Shown: positions 49,005 to 58,478, counted from the stretch's first letter. The stretch is DNA of 64,000 nt from an uncultured Paraglaciecola sp. (GCF_963977085.1 NZ_CAXBNC010000001.1:414054-478053); one strand, 5' to 3'. Translations and numbers: made by a program. The notes: a model not told the origin generated them from the letters alone.

Positions 49005-49703
49005 ATGAAAATTGGATTTTTTGGAAAACTACCTGGTTATGGCGATTTTGTACAACGTAATGTCAGTCCTGAATTTATAAAATATTGGGATAATTGGGTA
49101 TTACAGTCACTTAGCTCATCTCGGGATCAGTTAGGTGAGTCATGGCGAAACAGGTACTTTAATAGCCCAATATGGCGTTTTGTTATTAGCCAAGATGACG
49201 CAAGTCACACTCCGGTTGCAGGCTTTGTCATGCCAAGCGTAGATAAAGCCGGCCGCTGTTACCCTTTTACAGTGGTTTGCCAAGCTGAATCAGAAGTTAA
49301 CCCCTTTATACTCGCTCGAAAAATTGATCTGATACATGAGGTTGGAGAAGACTTTGCTTTAAGTCTATTGGAAAATATCAAGCCTGATCTCGACGAAATA
49401 ACAGTCGTTTTAAATGAGATATATCAAAGCCTGCAAGAATCAAACTGCCAAAGTGCAGGTACAAAACCCGTCACCTCAGTCATGGAGCTTGCTTGTGTTA
49501 CAGATATTGATTCACTTGATTTTACACTAGGTAATGAGTCTTTCTTACACATGTTACTAAATAAGCAAAATGTGAATATGTCAATTTGGTCGATGGGAAA
49601 TACCGAAGGCACAAACCCTCAAATACGCTATTTTTCTGGGATGCCGCCAACAGATAACTACTATTCTTTTTTACTTGCTGATGAGAACCAAGAAAGTTAT
49701 TAA
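49005..49703 (+). CDS. tagF: T6SS post-translational repressor TagF
   Basis: GFFGKLP..GDFV.R, P.WRF, G..MPSVD.AGR.YPF. Confidence 0.93.
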   Translation: MKIGFFGKLPGYGDFVQRNVSPEFIKYWDNWVLQSLSSSRDQLGESWRNRYFNSPIWRFVISQDDASHTPVAGFVMPSVDKAGRCYPFTVVCQAESEVNPFILARKIDLIHEVGEDFALSLLENIKPDLDEITVVLNEIYQSLQESNCQSAGTKPVTSVMELACVTDIDSLDFTLGNESFLHMLLNKQNVNMSIWSMGNTEGTNPQIRYFSGMPPTDNYYSFLLADENQESY

Positions 49704-49716
49704 CGACTGACTTAGC

Positions 49717-50514
49717 TCATCGAGTTAGAGGTAAGGTATCGTCTAAGTTTGATTGGTTAGTATGAATATTTTTACTTCCATCCATGATCTCTAAAGACTG
49801 TTGATTATCAACAACTATTACAGTGACATTATCCCGAGCTTTGCGTTCCAATGACATTTTTATTAATAGTGGCGCAATAGATTCTAATGGTGTGCTCAAT
49901 AAAAGTTGCTCAATCTCGGCATCATCAATAACTTTGTTTAGACCGTCACTACATAAAAAATATTTATCCCCGTCTAGCCTAACATCGCTAACTACATCCA
50001 AGTCTAACTCTTCACTTGCACCAACAGCGCGAGTGATAACATTAGCATTTGGATGACGTTCGGCTTCTTCAGGTGTTAAAAGTCCTTTCTGCACCAACTC
50101 TTCAACTTGACTATGATCTTGGGTAAGTCGGGTTAGTTTATTATTACGTACCCGATAAATTCGGCTATCACCCGCCCAAATACAGTGGGCAAATTGATGG
50201 TCAAAAAGCAGTACAACTACCGTACTTCCAATAACTGCTTGTTTCTCACTCGCCATTGAGACTAATCGACTATTAACGTCCTGCAATACATGGGCGATTT
50301 GCTGAGTACCCAGGGGATAACTATTTGTATTGGCTATATCCTGCAAACTATTAACTATCATTTTGCTGGCTACATCACCTTTAGCATGCCCACCCATTCC
50401 ATCGGCCACACACCACATGCCTTGTTGAGAACTGTCTAAAAATCCATCTTCATTAACTTTTCTAATAGTGCCAATATCTGTTTTCCCTACCGATTTCCAT
50501 GGACGTTCAAGCAT
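49717..50514 (-). CDS. pppA: PP2C-family Ser/Thr phosphatase (PppA-like)
   Basis: TD.G..R..NED, VADGMGGH..GD.AS, GDSR.Y, LTQDHS, LCSDGL, DNVT; start moved to ATG 50514. Confidence 0.88.
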   Translation of the reverse strand: MLERPWKSVGKTDIGTIRKVNEDGFLDSSQQGMWCVADGMGGHAKGDVASKMIVNSLQDIANTNSYPLGTQQIAHVLQDVNSRLVSMASEKQAVIGSTVVVLLFDHQFAHCIWAGDSRIYRVRNNKLTRLTQDHSQVEELVQKGLLTPEEAERHPNANVITRAVGASEELDLDVVSDVRLDGDKYFLCSDGLNKVIDDAEIEQLLLSTPLESIAPLLIKMSLERKARDNVTVIVVDNQQSLEIMDGSKNIHTNQSNLDDTLPLTR

Positions 50515-50733
50515 AATTATTGTTCCCAGTGCAGCCAATATATAAAACACATTACAGGTTTCGGACAGCTAAGTCGCCCTAACTTCTTTAATACATAAAC
50601 TCGAAACATTATAGATACAAATGTCTTTGATTGCTGGTATTTTTCTAGGTAGACTTAAGGTCAAATTCTGCACGAATTTTCTTACATATTGAAGCCATTC
50701 TTGCATTAATTCTCAAAAAAATAAGGTCGCTTA

Positions 50734-53016
50734 ATGGAAGAAAACATATTGAATAAAAAGATTGGGCGCTACGAGATCAAGGAAATGATCGGTGAAGGTG
50801 CGATGGCTAAGGTCTACCGTGCATATGATCCTGAAATTAATCGCTCTGTTGCTTTCAAAGTACTCAAAGAAGATCACTGTGTAGATGAAGAGTATTTGTC
50901 TAGATTTTTACGTGAAGCTAAGGCTGCTGGAGCTCTTTCCCACTCAGGAATTGTGACCGTTTATGATGTGGGTAAAATAGAAAAGTCTCCCTATATTATG
51001 ATGGAGCTTTTAGATGGCTGTGACTTAGGTGAAGTCCTTAAGAACAATAAAAAACTGCCACTTAAGCAAACTCTGATTATTGCTTTACAACTCGCTAAAT
51101 CCCTAGATTATGCCCATAAATCCGGGATCATTCATCGTGATATTAAACCTGATAACATTATCGTTATGCCAGATGGTGAGTCTATTAAGGTCGCAGATTT
51201 TGGTATAGCAAGGATGAACGAGACTGAAGAGTCTCAAAAAACTCAAGTAGGTTCTGTTTTAGGCACCCCCCGCTACATGTCACCAGAACAAGCTCTAGGA
51301 GATACTGTTGATGGCCGTTCGGATTTATTTTCCGTAGGCACTATCATGTACGAAATGCTTAGTGGCAATAAAGCGTTTGATGCCGGAAATATGGCCACTT
51401 TAATGATACAGATTGCGCAGAAACAACCTGAACCCTTAAAAACTTTATGCCCGGACATTCCAGCGGGTGTGCGTCAAATAATTCAAAAGTTATTACAGAA
51501 ATCTCCCGACAAACGCTTTCAAACGGGAAACAAACTAGCAGAGGCATTGGGCAAAGAATTAAGTACCTTAAGCGATCAACAAGCTGAGCAGAAAAAACAC
51601 AAATATATTCCTTTAAAAATACGCTGGACATTGTCAGTTGCTGCAATTGTAGGTCTCGTTTCTTTTATAAGCATAAATATCGTTTTTAACATGCAATCTT
51701 CGGCAATGACTAAACAAGCTGTCGACTCTGGTGCGTCGTTTGCAAAATTCATTTCTACAGAAACGGCTATACCAATACTCAGTGAAGATTGGATCTCCTT
51801 AGAGACGTTTATTGGTGATGCCGCAAGTAGAGATACATTTTCATATTTAATCGTTACTGACAGGTCTGGAGTGGTTCGCGGAGCAAGTGATAATAGTTTG
51901 GTAGGCAAGATGTACCAACCAAATGAAAATGATGTGCTTATTAGTGAAACCGAAGATGTACATACAACTAGTACAGAAACAGCAGATGGTAAAAATATAT
52001 TTAACATCAAAACGCCTATTTTGTTTCAAAGCACTGAAGTTGGCCAAATAATCCTAGGTTTATCTCAAGATGGATTAGATGAGGTTAAAAGGATTACAGG
52101 TTGGCTGATGTTTATTTTAGCGCTCATCACAACATCTTCAGTGGCTGTGGTTATGTTTATTTTTGGTGGCTTAATCGCTCGACCATTTAAGGTATTAAAT
52201 GACTCTCTGAAAGGTTTTGCGGCAGGAAATTTAGACACCAGAATATCGTTGGCTCGAAATGATGAATTTGGTGAGGCATTTGATTCCTTTAATAATATGG
52301 CCGCAGCGATTCAAGACAGATACACAGAAGTAACTGATGAGCTAGCGCAAACAGGTATCGATAGGACAGGGATTACTGACAATAACTCCAAAGATACCGA
52401 TGCAGAAACCGAACACTCCGATAGCAACAGTGCTCAGAAGAGCGTTTCGGATCCCGGGGTAGATTTAGGACCTGATGAAACCGTGATCTCCAATAGCCAA
52501 ATCGATCTCAAAAATAAATCTGACCAGGCTACAAAAAAAGCGGTAACTCAACACCCAGAACCATCAGAGGTTTCTGAGAATAAAGCTGAAGTTGAATCTG
52601 AGATAGATGAAGACGCTGACAGGACGATCATTTCTAACAGTCAGATTGGTCTCAATACTGCGCCAAACGAAGCCAGCAAAGAGATCACTGAAAATGTTAA
52701 GAAACCAGAAATGTCTGAAACCAGTTCTGATGTAGAGGTCAACCCAGACCAAACAGTGATTTCTTCTAGCCAAATTATTATAAATGAAGACTCTGATGTG
52801 AGTGATGGTAAACCTGAAGACTCAACTTCCACCGCTACTCAGACAGACATAGCGGCTCCACCGAAGAGCACTAAAGAGACTGAGGTACAAACGCCAGCTA
52901 AAAAACCACCAGTAAAACGTAGAACTAGAAAGAAACCAGTGAAAGCGCCGGTAGAAGCTGAGGATGCAATAAAAAAAGACACGGTTGCCGATCCTGACGA
53001 GAGTGCAAAAAGTTGA
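50734..53016 (+). CDS. Membrane Ser/Thr kinase (PpkA-like) with two TMs, periplasmic domain, HAMP domain and acidic tail
   Basis: IGEGAMAKVY, VAFK, HRDIKPDN, DFGIA, GTPRYMSPEQ; TMs near residues 300-320 and 455-480; HAMP motif PF..L....K.FAAGNL..RI...RNDEFG. Confidence 0.9.
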   Translation: MEENILNKKIGRYEIKEMIGEGAMAKVYRAYDPEINRSVAFKVLKEDHCVDEEYLSRFLREAKAAGALSHSGIVTVYDVGKIEKSPYIMMELLDGCDLGEVLKNNKKLPLKQTLIIALQLAKSLDYAHKSGIIHRDIKPDNIIVMPDGESIKVADFGIARMNETEESQKTQVGSVLGTPRYMSPEQALGDTVDGRSDLFSVGTIMYEMLSGNKAFDAGNMATLMIQIAQKQPEPLKTLCPDIPAGVRQIIQKLLQKSPDKRFQTGNKLAEALGKELSTLSDQQAEQKKHKYIPLKIRWTLSVAAIVGLVSFISINIVFNMQSSAMTKQAVDSGASFAKFISTETAIPILSEDWISLETFIGDAASRDTFSYLIVTDRSGVVRGASDNSLVGKMYQPNENDVLISETEDVHTTSTETADGKNIFNIKTPILFQSTEVGQIILGLSQDGLDEVKRITGWLMFILALITTSSVAVVMFIFGGLIARPFKVLNDSLKGFAAGNLDTRISLARNDEFGEAFDSFNNMAAAIQDRYTEVTDELAQTGIDRTGITDNNSKDTDAETEHSDSNSAQKSVSDPGVDLGPDETVISNSQIDLKNKSDQATKKAVTQHPEPSEVSENKAEVESEIDEDADRTIISNSQIGLNTAPNEASKEITENVKKPEMSETSSDVEVNPDQTVISSSQIIINEDSDVSDGKPEDSTSTATQTDIAAPPKSTKETEVQTPAKKPPVKRRTRKKPVKAPVEAEDAIKKDTVADPDESAKS

Positions 53017-53990
53017 GGTATTTATTTCTGATCTTTTTGCCCGTTTTGTTGTTCGGCTGTTCAACAACACCTAGGCAAGTAATTGCGAGTAATGATGATT
53101 TTATCGTTTTACAGACAGATAATAATGATACTTATGAGTCCTTAGCCGAAGAGTTTTTAGGTGGCCAGCAATATTCAGAAATTCTAGAAAGATACAACCC
53201 ACAAACAACTGTAAAGTCAGGTAGTTATGTAGCCATTCCCAAAAGAGTCATCAACCGTTCTGGTGTTTTTGTTGATGGCTATCAACGTATACCGGTTCTC
53301 TGCTATCACCAATTTACCGAAGAAAATCAAAGTAAAAATAAGATGGTAGTGACCCGAGCTGAGTTTGAACGCCAGATGGATTATCTCGCTTCAAATGGCT
53401 ATCAAGTGCTAGCACTAAGTGAATTAGGCAACTTTCTAAAGGGTGAAAAAGAACTACCTAAAAAATCAGTTGTGATAACCATAGACGATGGTTATAGGAG
53501 CTACCTGGAAGTGGCTTATCCTATTTTAAAAAAATATGATTTTCCCTCCACAATGTTTGTTTACCCAGACTTTATAGGAGCAGGCCGAGCCCTCAAATGG
53601 CAAGACGTAAAATTCCTAAGTAAAATACCTTTGGTAGACATTCAATCCCACTCCAAATCACATGATAGTTTATCGCCGCGGCCATTAGGTGAATCAGATG
53701 AAGACTATTTAGCACGATTAAAAATTGAAGTTGAAGGGGCAGAAAAAATATTAACCCGTAGAACCAAACAAGAAATTAATCATTTTGCCTATCCATATGG
53801 AAATAGTAGTTTAGAAGTAGTTGAACTCTTAGAACACAACAATTACGAACTTGCGGTCACAGTTCATAAAGGAAGTAACCCTTCATTTTCAACTCCATTT
53901 TTATTGCATAGAACCATGATATATGGAGGAGATAGTCTAAACACTTTCAAGAAAAGCTTGGATGTATTTAGTACTATGGCGCTCAAATGA
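53013..53990 (+). CDS. Lipoprotein with LysM-like domain and CE4 polysaccharide deacetylase domain
   Basis: Lipobox LFGC; DTYESLAEEFLG...I..YN LysM-like segment; PVLCYH, TIDDG, QSHSKSH and FAYPYG catalytic motifs intact; TTG start overlapping the kinase stop. Confidence 0.88.
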   Translation: MRYLFLIFLPVLLFGCSTTPRQVIASNDDFIVLQTDNNDTYESLAEEFLGGQQYSEILERYNPQTTVKSGSYVAIPKRVINRSGVFVDGYQRIPVLCYHQFTEENQSKNKMVVTRAEFERQMDYLASNGYQVLALSELGNFLKGEKELPKKSVVITIDDGYRSYLEVAYPILKKYDFPSTMFVYPDFIGAGRALKWQDVKFLSKIPLVDIQSHSKSHDSLSPRPLGESDEDYLARLKIEVEGAEKILTRRTKQEINHFAYPYGNSSLEVVELLEHNNYELAVTVHKGSNPSFSTPFLLHRTMIYGGDSLNTFKKSLDVFSTMALK

Positions 53991-54913
53991 TAGAACGTAT
54001 TATCTGTGTAACCCTGTTAGTTTTTTGTAGTTCTTGCAGCACAAATTTTATAGATAGCCGCGCGTTGTTCGAACAGCGTAGTCCAATTGCTAACTCTTTA
54101 GAAGACCAGCAACGTTATGCAGAAGCGCTGACACAATGGAAGATTTTGCAGATAGCCTATCCTAACGATGAAATGGTAAAAGAGCATATACTGCGGCTCG
54201 AACTTTTAATATCAGATAAAGTCATTCAGCAACTCGCTGTTTTAGACAAAGCTAAGGCATCAGCGGATGAAACCTTAGAGCGCAAGGTCTATTTAAAAAT
54301 ATTGGCTTTAGATCCTAATAATCAAATTGCAATGGAAGAGTTACGAAAGTTTGAATGGAAATTTGCTATTCAAGAAGCCAGCTCAAAAACTGCAAATATT
54401 AAGAAGTATTTTGTTGAGACACAACAAGAGGCTAATATTTCAATCCAACTCACTAAGTATCTTGAGCAAGGTGAGCAGTTAATACATGATAGAAAGTACA
54501 AAGAGTTATTACAGCTAGCTGATAAATTTGAAGATTCTTACCCTACACACCTAGAGCCTAACGAGTATCGGATACTAGCCTATTCCAAACTAGGAGAAGG
54601 TCAGCAAAAGCAGAATAAAACAAAAGAAGCCATTGAGTATTACCAGCAAGCATTGGACCTAGCCGCGCTTAAAGGTGATAATTTACCCAACATACGCAAA
54701 AAAACAGATCAACTCTCAAGCTTAATTGCAAACAGGTATTTACGATTAGCCAATCAAGTATTTAAAACTAATTTAGATGAGGCGATTAATTACTTTGAGC
54801 AGTCTCTTAAATATCAACCCAACAATGTTAAGACTCGCCAACTAATGCAGCGAGCCATAAAGATTAGAGAGAACTTATTAAAAATTAAAAAACTAGACTC
54901 TAATTCCGATTAA
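53987..54913 (+). CDS. TPR-repeat protein, probable lipoprotein
   Basis: N-terminal hydrophobic stretch ending CSSC; TPRs (AL.QW, LALDPNN, AI.YF..SL.YQP.N). Confidence 0.7.
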   Translation: MIERIICVTLLVFCSSCSTNFIDSRALFEQRSPIANSLEDQQRYAEALTQWKILQIAYPNDEMVKEHILRLELLISDKVIQQLAVLDKAKASADETLERKVYLKILALDPNNQIAMEELRKFEWKFAIQEASSKTANIKKYFVETQQEANISIQLTKYLEQGEQLIHDRKYKELLQLADKFEDSYPTHLEPNEYRILAYSKLGEGQQKQNKTKEAIEYYQQALDLAALKGDNLPNIRKKTDQLSSLIANRYLRLANQVFKTNLDEAINYFEQSLKYQPNNVKTRQLMQRAIKIRENLLKIKKLDSNSD

Positions 54914-56111
54914 GTTTATTTAATTTTTCTTTGAGCTCTAAAGCCTGCGCCCTATATAGTTTTGCACTTGAATGGTCAGGATTTACCTTCAAAACCATAT
55001 CCCATTTTTGAATTGCGAGATCGAGTTCTTGACGTCGAAAAGCAGATGACGCTTCTCTATGGTATTTATCAGCAATTTCTTTCTGTAATACCAACATTTC
55101 TTCCATCGCTTGGTCATTTTGATCGTCTAGGTCAGTTGCCATTTTAAAGTTTTCAAACGCACTAAACGCATTTTCTTCTTGTAAATTTAACTGCCCAGCT
55201 TTTTCGAAGTATGTTGCAGCTAGGATATTGTCGGTTTCAGCAATTTCTTTTGCTCGTCCGATATAGGTTGCTATTGCCAGCCCTCTACTTTCCTTATTAA
55301 GCTTACCAAATGAACTCAGTGTGGCTAGTTTTTCAATTGCGGCGGCGTAATCCATATTTTCCGCTAATGTTTGCAAATCACTAAATGCAGACTCTGCCGT
55401 TTCAATTGGAGCGACAGGAATAACTTCCGCTAAAACTGGCTCATCAACAGGTAGTTCAGTTTCTTCAACTATGTCCTCAACAACGTCAACGGCTTCCTCT
55501 ACTTCTTTGGCTTCCTCTTCCATTGCCAAATCAAGGGCAGTTTCCTCGTTATCTATACTATGAGTTTCGAGGGCCAAGGCGTTATCTTTATCACGTTGAG
55601 TCCGTGCAAGTTGCGTCAAAGGTATTTTGATTTCTTGCCCTATGTTAACCCGGCTAGGATTGGCAATATTATTGTACTTAGCTAAAGCGTAAAATTTTAA
55701 GGCTGAGCCTAAGTACTTTTTCGCAAGTGTAGAAAGACTCGCGCCAGAGGTTAGATTAACTTTGAAATGTTCTGCTGGGAAATATTGGCTCGAGTCAGTG
55801 GATATTTGTGCAACTAAATTTCTCGCACTATTACTTCTAGGTACCGCTTCTAGATATGCATTAAGCTCAGCTAAGGCCTGTCCATCTTCACCATTTTCAA
55901 GTTTTTCTAACGCTTTGCTAAAACGTTGTCTAGGTGTCAAACCGGCTTCAGCGATATAACTTTGTTTATTTAGAGAACCCTTATCTTTATTTACCTCTGC
56001 TGGGGTAGTATTTCCTGTTGAACCACCACTAGCGCCACATCCAGATAAAATTAACCCCGCAACTAATAACGCAGCTGATAATTTTATTTTATTGTCCATA
56101 CAACTAATCAT
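54900..56111 (-). CDS. LysM and TPR lipoprotein
   Basis: Lipobox LSGC; G.SLS.LAKKYLG....F..LA.YNNIANP..V.IGQ.IKIP LysM; acidic linker; C-terminal TPR. Confidence 0.82.
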   Translation of the reverse strand: MISCMDNKIKLSAALLVAGLILSGCGASGGSTGNTTPAEVNKDKGSLNKQSYIAEAGLTPRQRFSKALEKLENGEDGQALAELNAYLEAVPRSNSARNLVAQISTDSSQYFPAEHFKVNLTSGASLSTLAKKYLGSALKFYALAKYNNIANPSRVNIGQEIKIPLTQLARTQRDKDNALALETHSIDNEETALDLAMEEEAKEVEEAVDVVEDIVEETELPVDEPVLAEVIPVAPIETAESAFSDLQTLAENMDYAAAIEKLATLSSFGKLNKESRGLAIATYIGRAKEIAETDNILAATYFEKAGQLNLQEENAFSAFENFKMATDLDDQNDQAMEEMLVLQKEIADKYHREASSAFRRQELDLAIQKWDMVLKVNPDHSSAKLYRAQALELKEKLNKLNRN

Positions 56112-56264
56112 TTATAACCCCTGAAAATATAAGAAACGGCCGTCGATAATCTAAGTTTCTCGGTACAAAGCAGTTTAATACAATTGTAATCGTCAAGCAT
56201 GTTTTTCCATCTGAATTTTTTCATGTATTTGCTAACATATTGAAAATAATATGGTATATCGCTT

Positions 56265-57287
56265 CTACAATATAAGTAGTTGTCCTTGTTTAGCAAGTAT
56301 AAACTTAAATCCATGGGTATTTCCTTGTTGCAATTCTTGCTGGATTTTCACTCTTGGATCCATACCACTTTTTAGGCTGTACTTAATATGGCTAATGATG
56401 AAGGTTAAATCTTTAAATTGCTGCTTATTAGCCACTAACGAATAGAAATAATCCAGTTCTGACAATAACCAGTTTGGGGTAAGGTGACCAAATAGCAAAT
56501 TATCAGGTTGGCTATTATCAAATGAGACTTCTATGGCCACGCCCCTAAGGTTTTTAGTTTGCATTTGTGTGGCTAAATAACGCCAAACCCTTGCAAGCTT
56601 ACCTTGTTTTTCTACCTTATCTGGACCGGTGTCACCAAAATATACAAACAGATTATCTTGGTATTCAATCACAAAGGCAGTTGACTCAAGCGGATGACTG
56701 AGACTAAAAGCTGTCACTTTTAGTTTGGTCTCTTTAAGGTTCATTGGGTGCTGAGGAACTAAATCTATAACTTGGTATTTGTTTAAAAAAGGAGGCTTGC
56801 CTCTATCGGTAAAATTCGCCCAGGCCTGCCAGTTGAAATAGGTGTCACTCATCGTTTGGTTGACTGACTTCAGCCCATAAATAGCCTTGTTATTATCTTC
56901 AGGTGAGGCAATCAATAAACCAGCCACATGGTCGAGGTGGCCATGGCTAATCAAATAACCTTTAATATGATGCTGTAAAATGTTTCCGGTTGGGGAGAAC
57001 CTATTATCTATTTTGAGAGGCAAGTCTTTAAAGGCGTTGTTATCTAAGGCAACGTTGATGCCATTAATCAAGGTACCTGCATCCAAGGCAATATAATTAG
57101 GTTCAGATAACGTCCTCAATAAGAAAGCACTGAGATTACCGTCTTGGATCCCACCAGTACTGCCCAAGGTTATTATCTCAAAGACCGCTGTCGAATCAGG
57201 TCTATTACTTAAGGGTGATGGTTCCCCACGTAATTGACACGAAAAAATCAATAAGGCGACCAATAAACTACATTTTTTACACTGCAA
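56265..57287 (-). CDS. cpdP: Class II 3',5'-cyclic nucleotide phosphodiesterase (periplasmic, CpdP-like)
   Basis: Signal peptide; LG..GG..DGNLSA, LDAGT, YLISH.HLDH.AGL, FN...W.NF, FGDTGPD, LFGHLTP, ISHIK. Confidence 0.85.
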   Translation of the reverse strand: MQCKKCSLLVALLIFSCQLRGEPSPLSNRPDSTAVFEIITLGSTGGIQDGNLSAFLLRTLSEPNYIALDAGTLINGINVALDNNAFKDLPLKIDNRFSPTGNILQHHIKGYLISHGHLDHVAGLLIASPEDNNKAIYGLKSVNQTMSDTYFNWQAWANFTDRGKPPFLNKYQVIDLVPQHPMNLKETKLKVTAFSLSHPLESTAFVIEYQDNLFVYFGDTGPDKVEKQGKLARVWRYLATQMQTKNLRGVAIEVSFDNSQPDNLLFGHLTPNWLLSELDYFYSLVANKQQFKDLTFIISHIKYSLKSGMDPRVKIQQELQQGNTHGFKFILAKQGQLLIL

Positions 57288-58478
57288 TTACTTCACCTTA
57301 GGTTGGTTTACTTCAGTGCCCATACTTTGTTTATATAACATTAGCGCTTGTTTTTGGTCATCCTGGGACTCCTTGATACTCGACATCAACACCAAATCCT
57401 CTTGTCGATTACCTAATTTAATGGCCTTAGCTAAGGCTTTTTCTGCCAAAAGTTTGTCGTTTGCATTAAACGCGATATGGCCTAAGGTGGATAACAATTC
57501 AACATTCAAATCATCTTTTTTTAGCCAAGTCTCTAGTTTTTTAATAGAGCCTGCTGGGTTAGGCAATTTAATCTGTTTAAACAAAGGTAATAACAAAGGA
57601 TGAGGTGAAGAAGTCTGGCATTCCAGCAAAGCTTGTTCGGCATCAAAATGCATACCTTGGTCAATCAGCTGCTGAATATATGCCGCTTGTTGTGCAGGAT
57701 CCTTACGAGTTGATCTGGGTAAAGATTGCCAATTCTGTTTCAGCTGTTCTGCACCTTCTTTACTCGCAATTTCGGCAAAGTTACCTTTAGATGCTTGTTG
57801 CATCAGTGCTTCGTAGTCATCACCTAATGCTTTTCTCCAACCTTTTAACTTTTCTTTTAACTCTTGCCACTTACCAGCCTGACCAAGTGCTTGTGCCCAG
57901 AGTTTTAACACAGCGGTTTGAGTTTGTTGTTTTTCGCTTAGGCTTTGAATCAGTGTAATCGCTTCATCTGATTGATAGTGCTGCAAGGCATCTCGAATTA
58001 AACATAAATTCGCTGCCAGAGCTGATTTTTCATAGGTTTTAGCCATACGCCAATAACGCTTAGCTTGTTCTAGTTGACCTAATTGGATCTCAGCATCGGC
58101 TGCGGCTAAAAGATTGATCCCATCAAAATCTTCATTTTCGATTTTCTTAAAATTTTCTCTTGCAACCTGATAGTTGGTTTCTGCCAATGCGATTAAACCT
58201 GAAGTAAATGCTCTTTGTTTTTTACGACTGCCCCAATTACCTAACCAGTTTTTCGAGCCCGAAGCAGCAGCCAAGGAGGCTTTTACCAACAAATTAATCA
58301 ACATTAGGCCAACAAAAATAGCAATCAAAGAAAGGCAAAGTGACCAGACATTCATTTCGGCAACCCAACCGTTGAATTCGACCATCACATATCCGCTATC
58401 ATCAAACATCATCGCGGCTATCACTACACTAATAAGCAGGATAACCAAAACCAGAAAAATTCTAATTAATTGACTCAT
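57288..58478 (-). CDS. hemY: Heme biosynthesis-associated TPR protein HemY (enterobacterial type)
   Basis: N-terminal TM, GYV...F, TPRs; last gene of the hemC-D-X-Y order. Confidence 0.88.
   Translation of the reverse strand: MSQLIRIFLVLVILLISVVIAAMMFDDSGYVMVEFNGWVAEMNVWSLCLSLIAIFVGLMLINLLVKASLAAASGSKNWLGNWGSRKKQRAFTSGLIALAETNYQVARENFKKIENEDFDGINLLAAADAEIQLGQLEQAKRYWRMAKTYEKSALAANLCLIRDALQHYQSDEAITLIQSLSEKQQTQTAVLKLWAQALGQAGKWQELKEKLKGWRKALGDDYEALMQQASKGNFAEIASKEGAEQLKQNWQSLPRSTRKDPAQQAAYIQQLIDQGMHFDAEQALLECQTSSPHPLLLPLFKQIKLPNPAGSIKKLETWLKKDDLNVELLSTLGHIAFNANDKLLAEKALAKAIKLGNRQEDLVLMSSIKESQDDQKQALMLYKQSMGTEVNQPKVK

Larger units (their letters stand above)
26952..53016. other. Complete T6SS core locus (all 13 core components plus tagJ, tagH, tagF, pppA, ppkA-like), resembling the P. 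aeruginosa H1-type organisation
   Basis: Two divergent arms from the 37632-38074 intergenic region: tssA-B-C-hcp-tagJ-tssE-F-G-clpV leftward, and vgrG-DUF4280-tagH-tssJ-K-L-M-tagF rightward. Confidence 0.95.
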
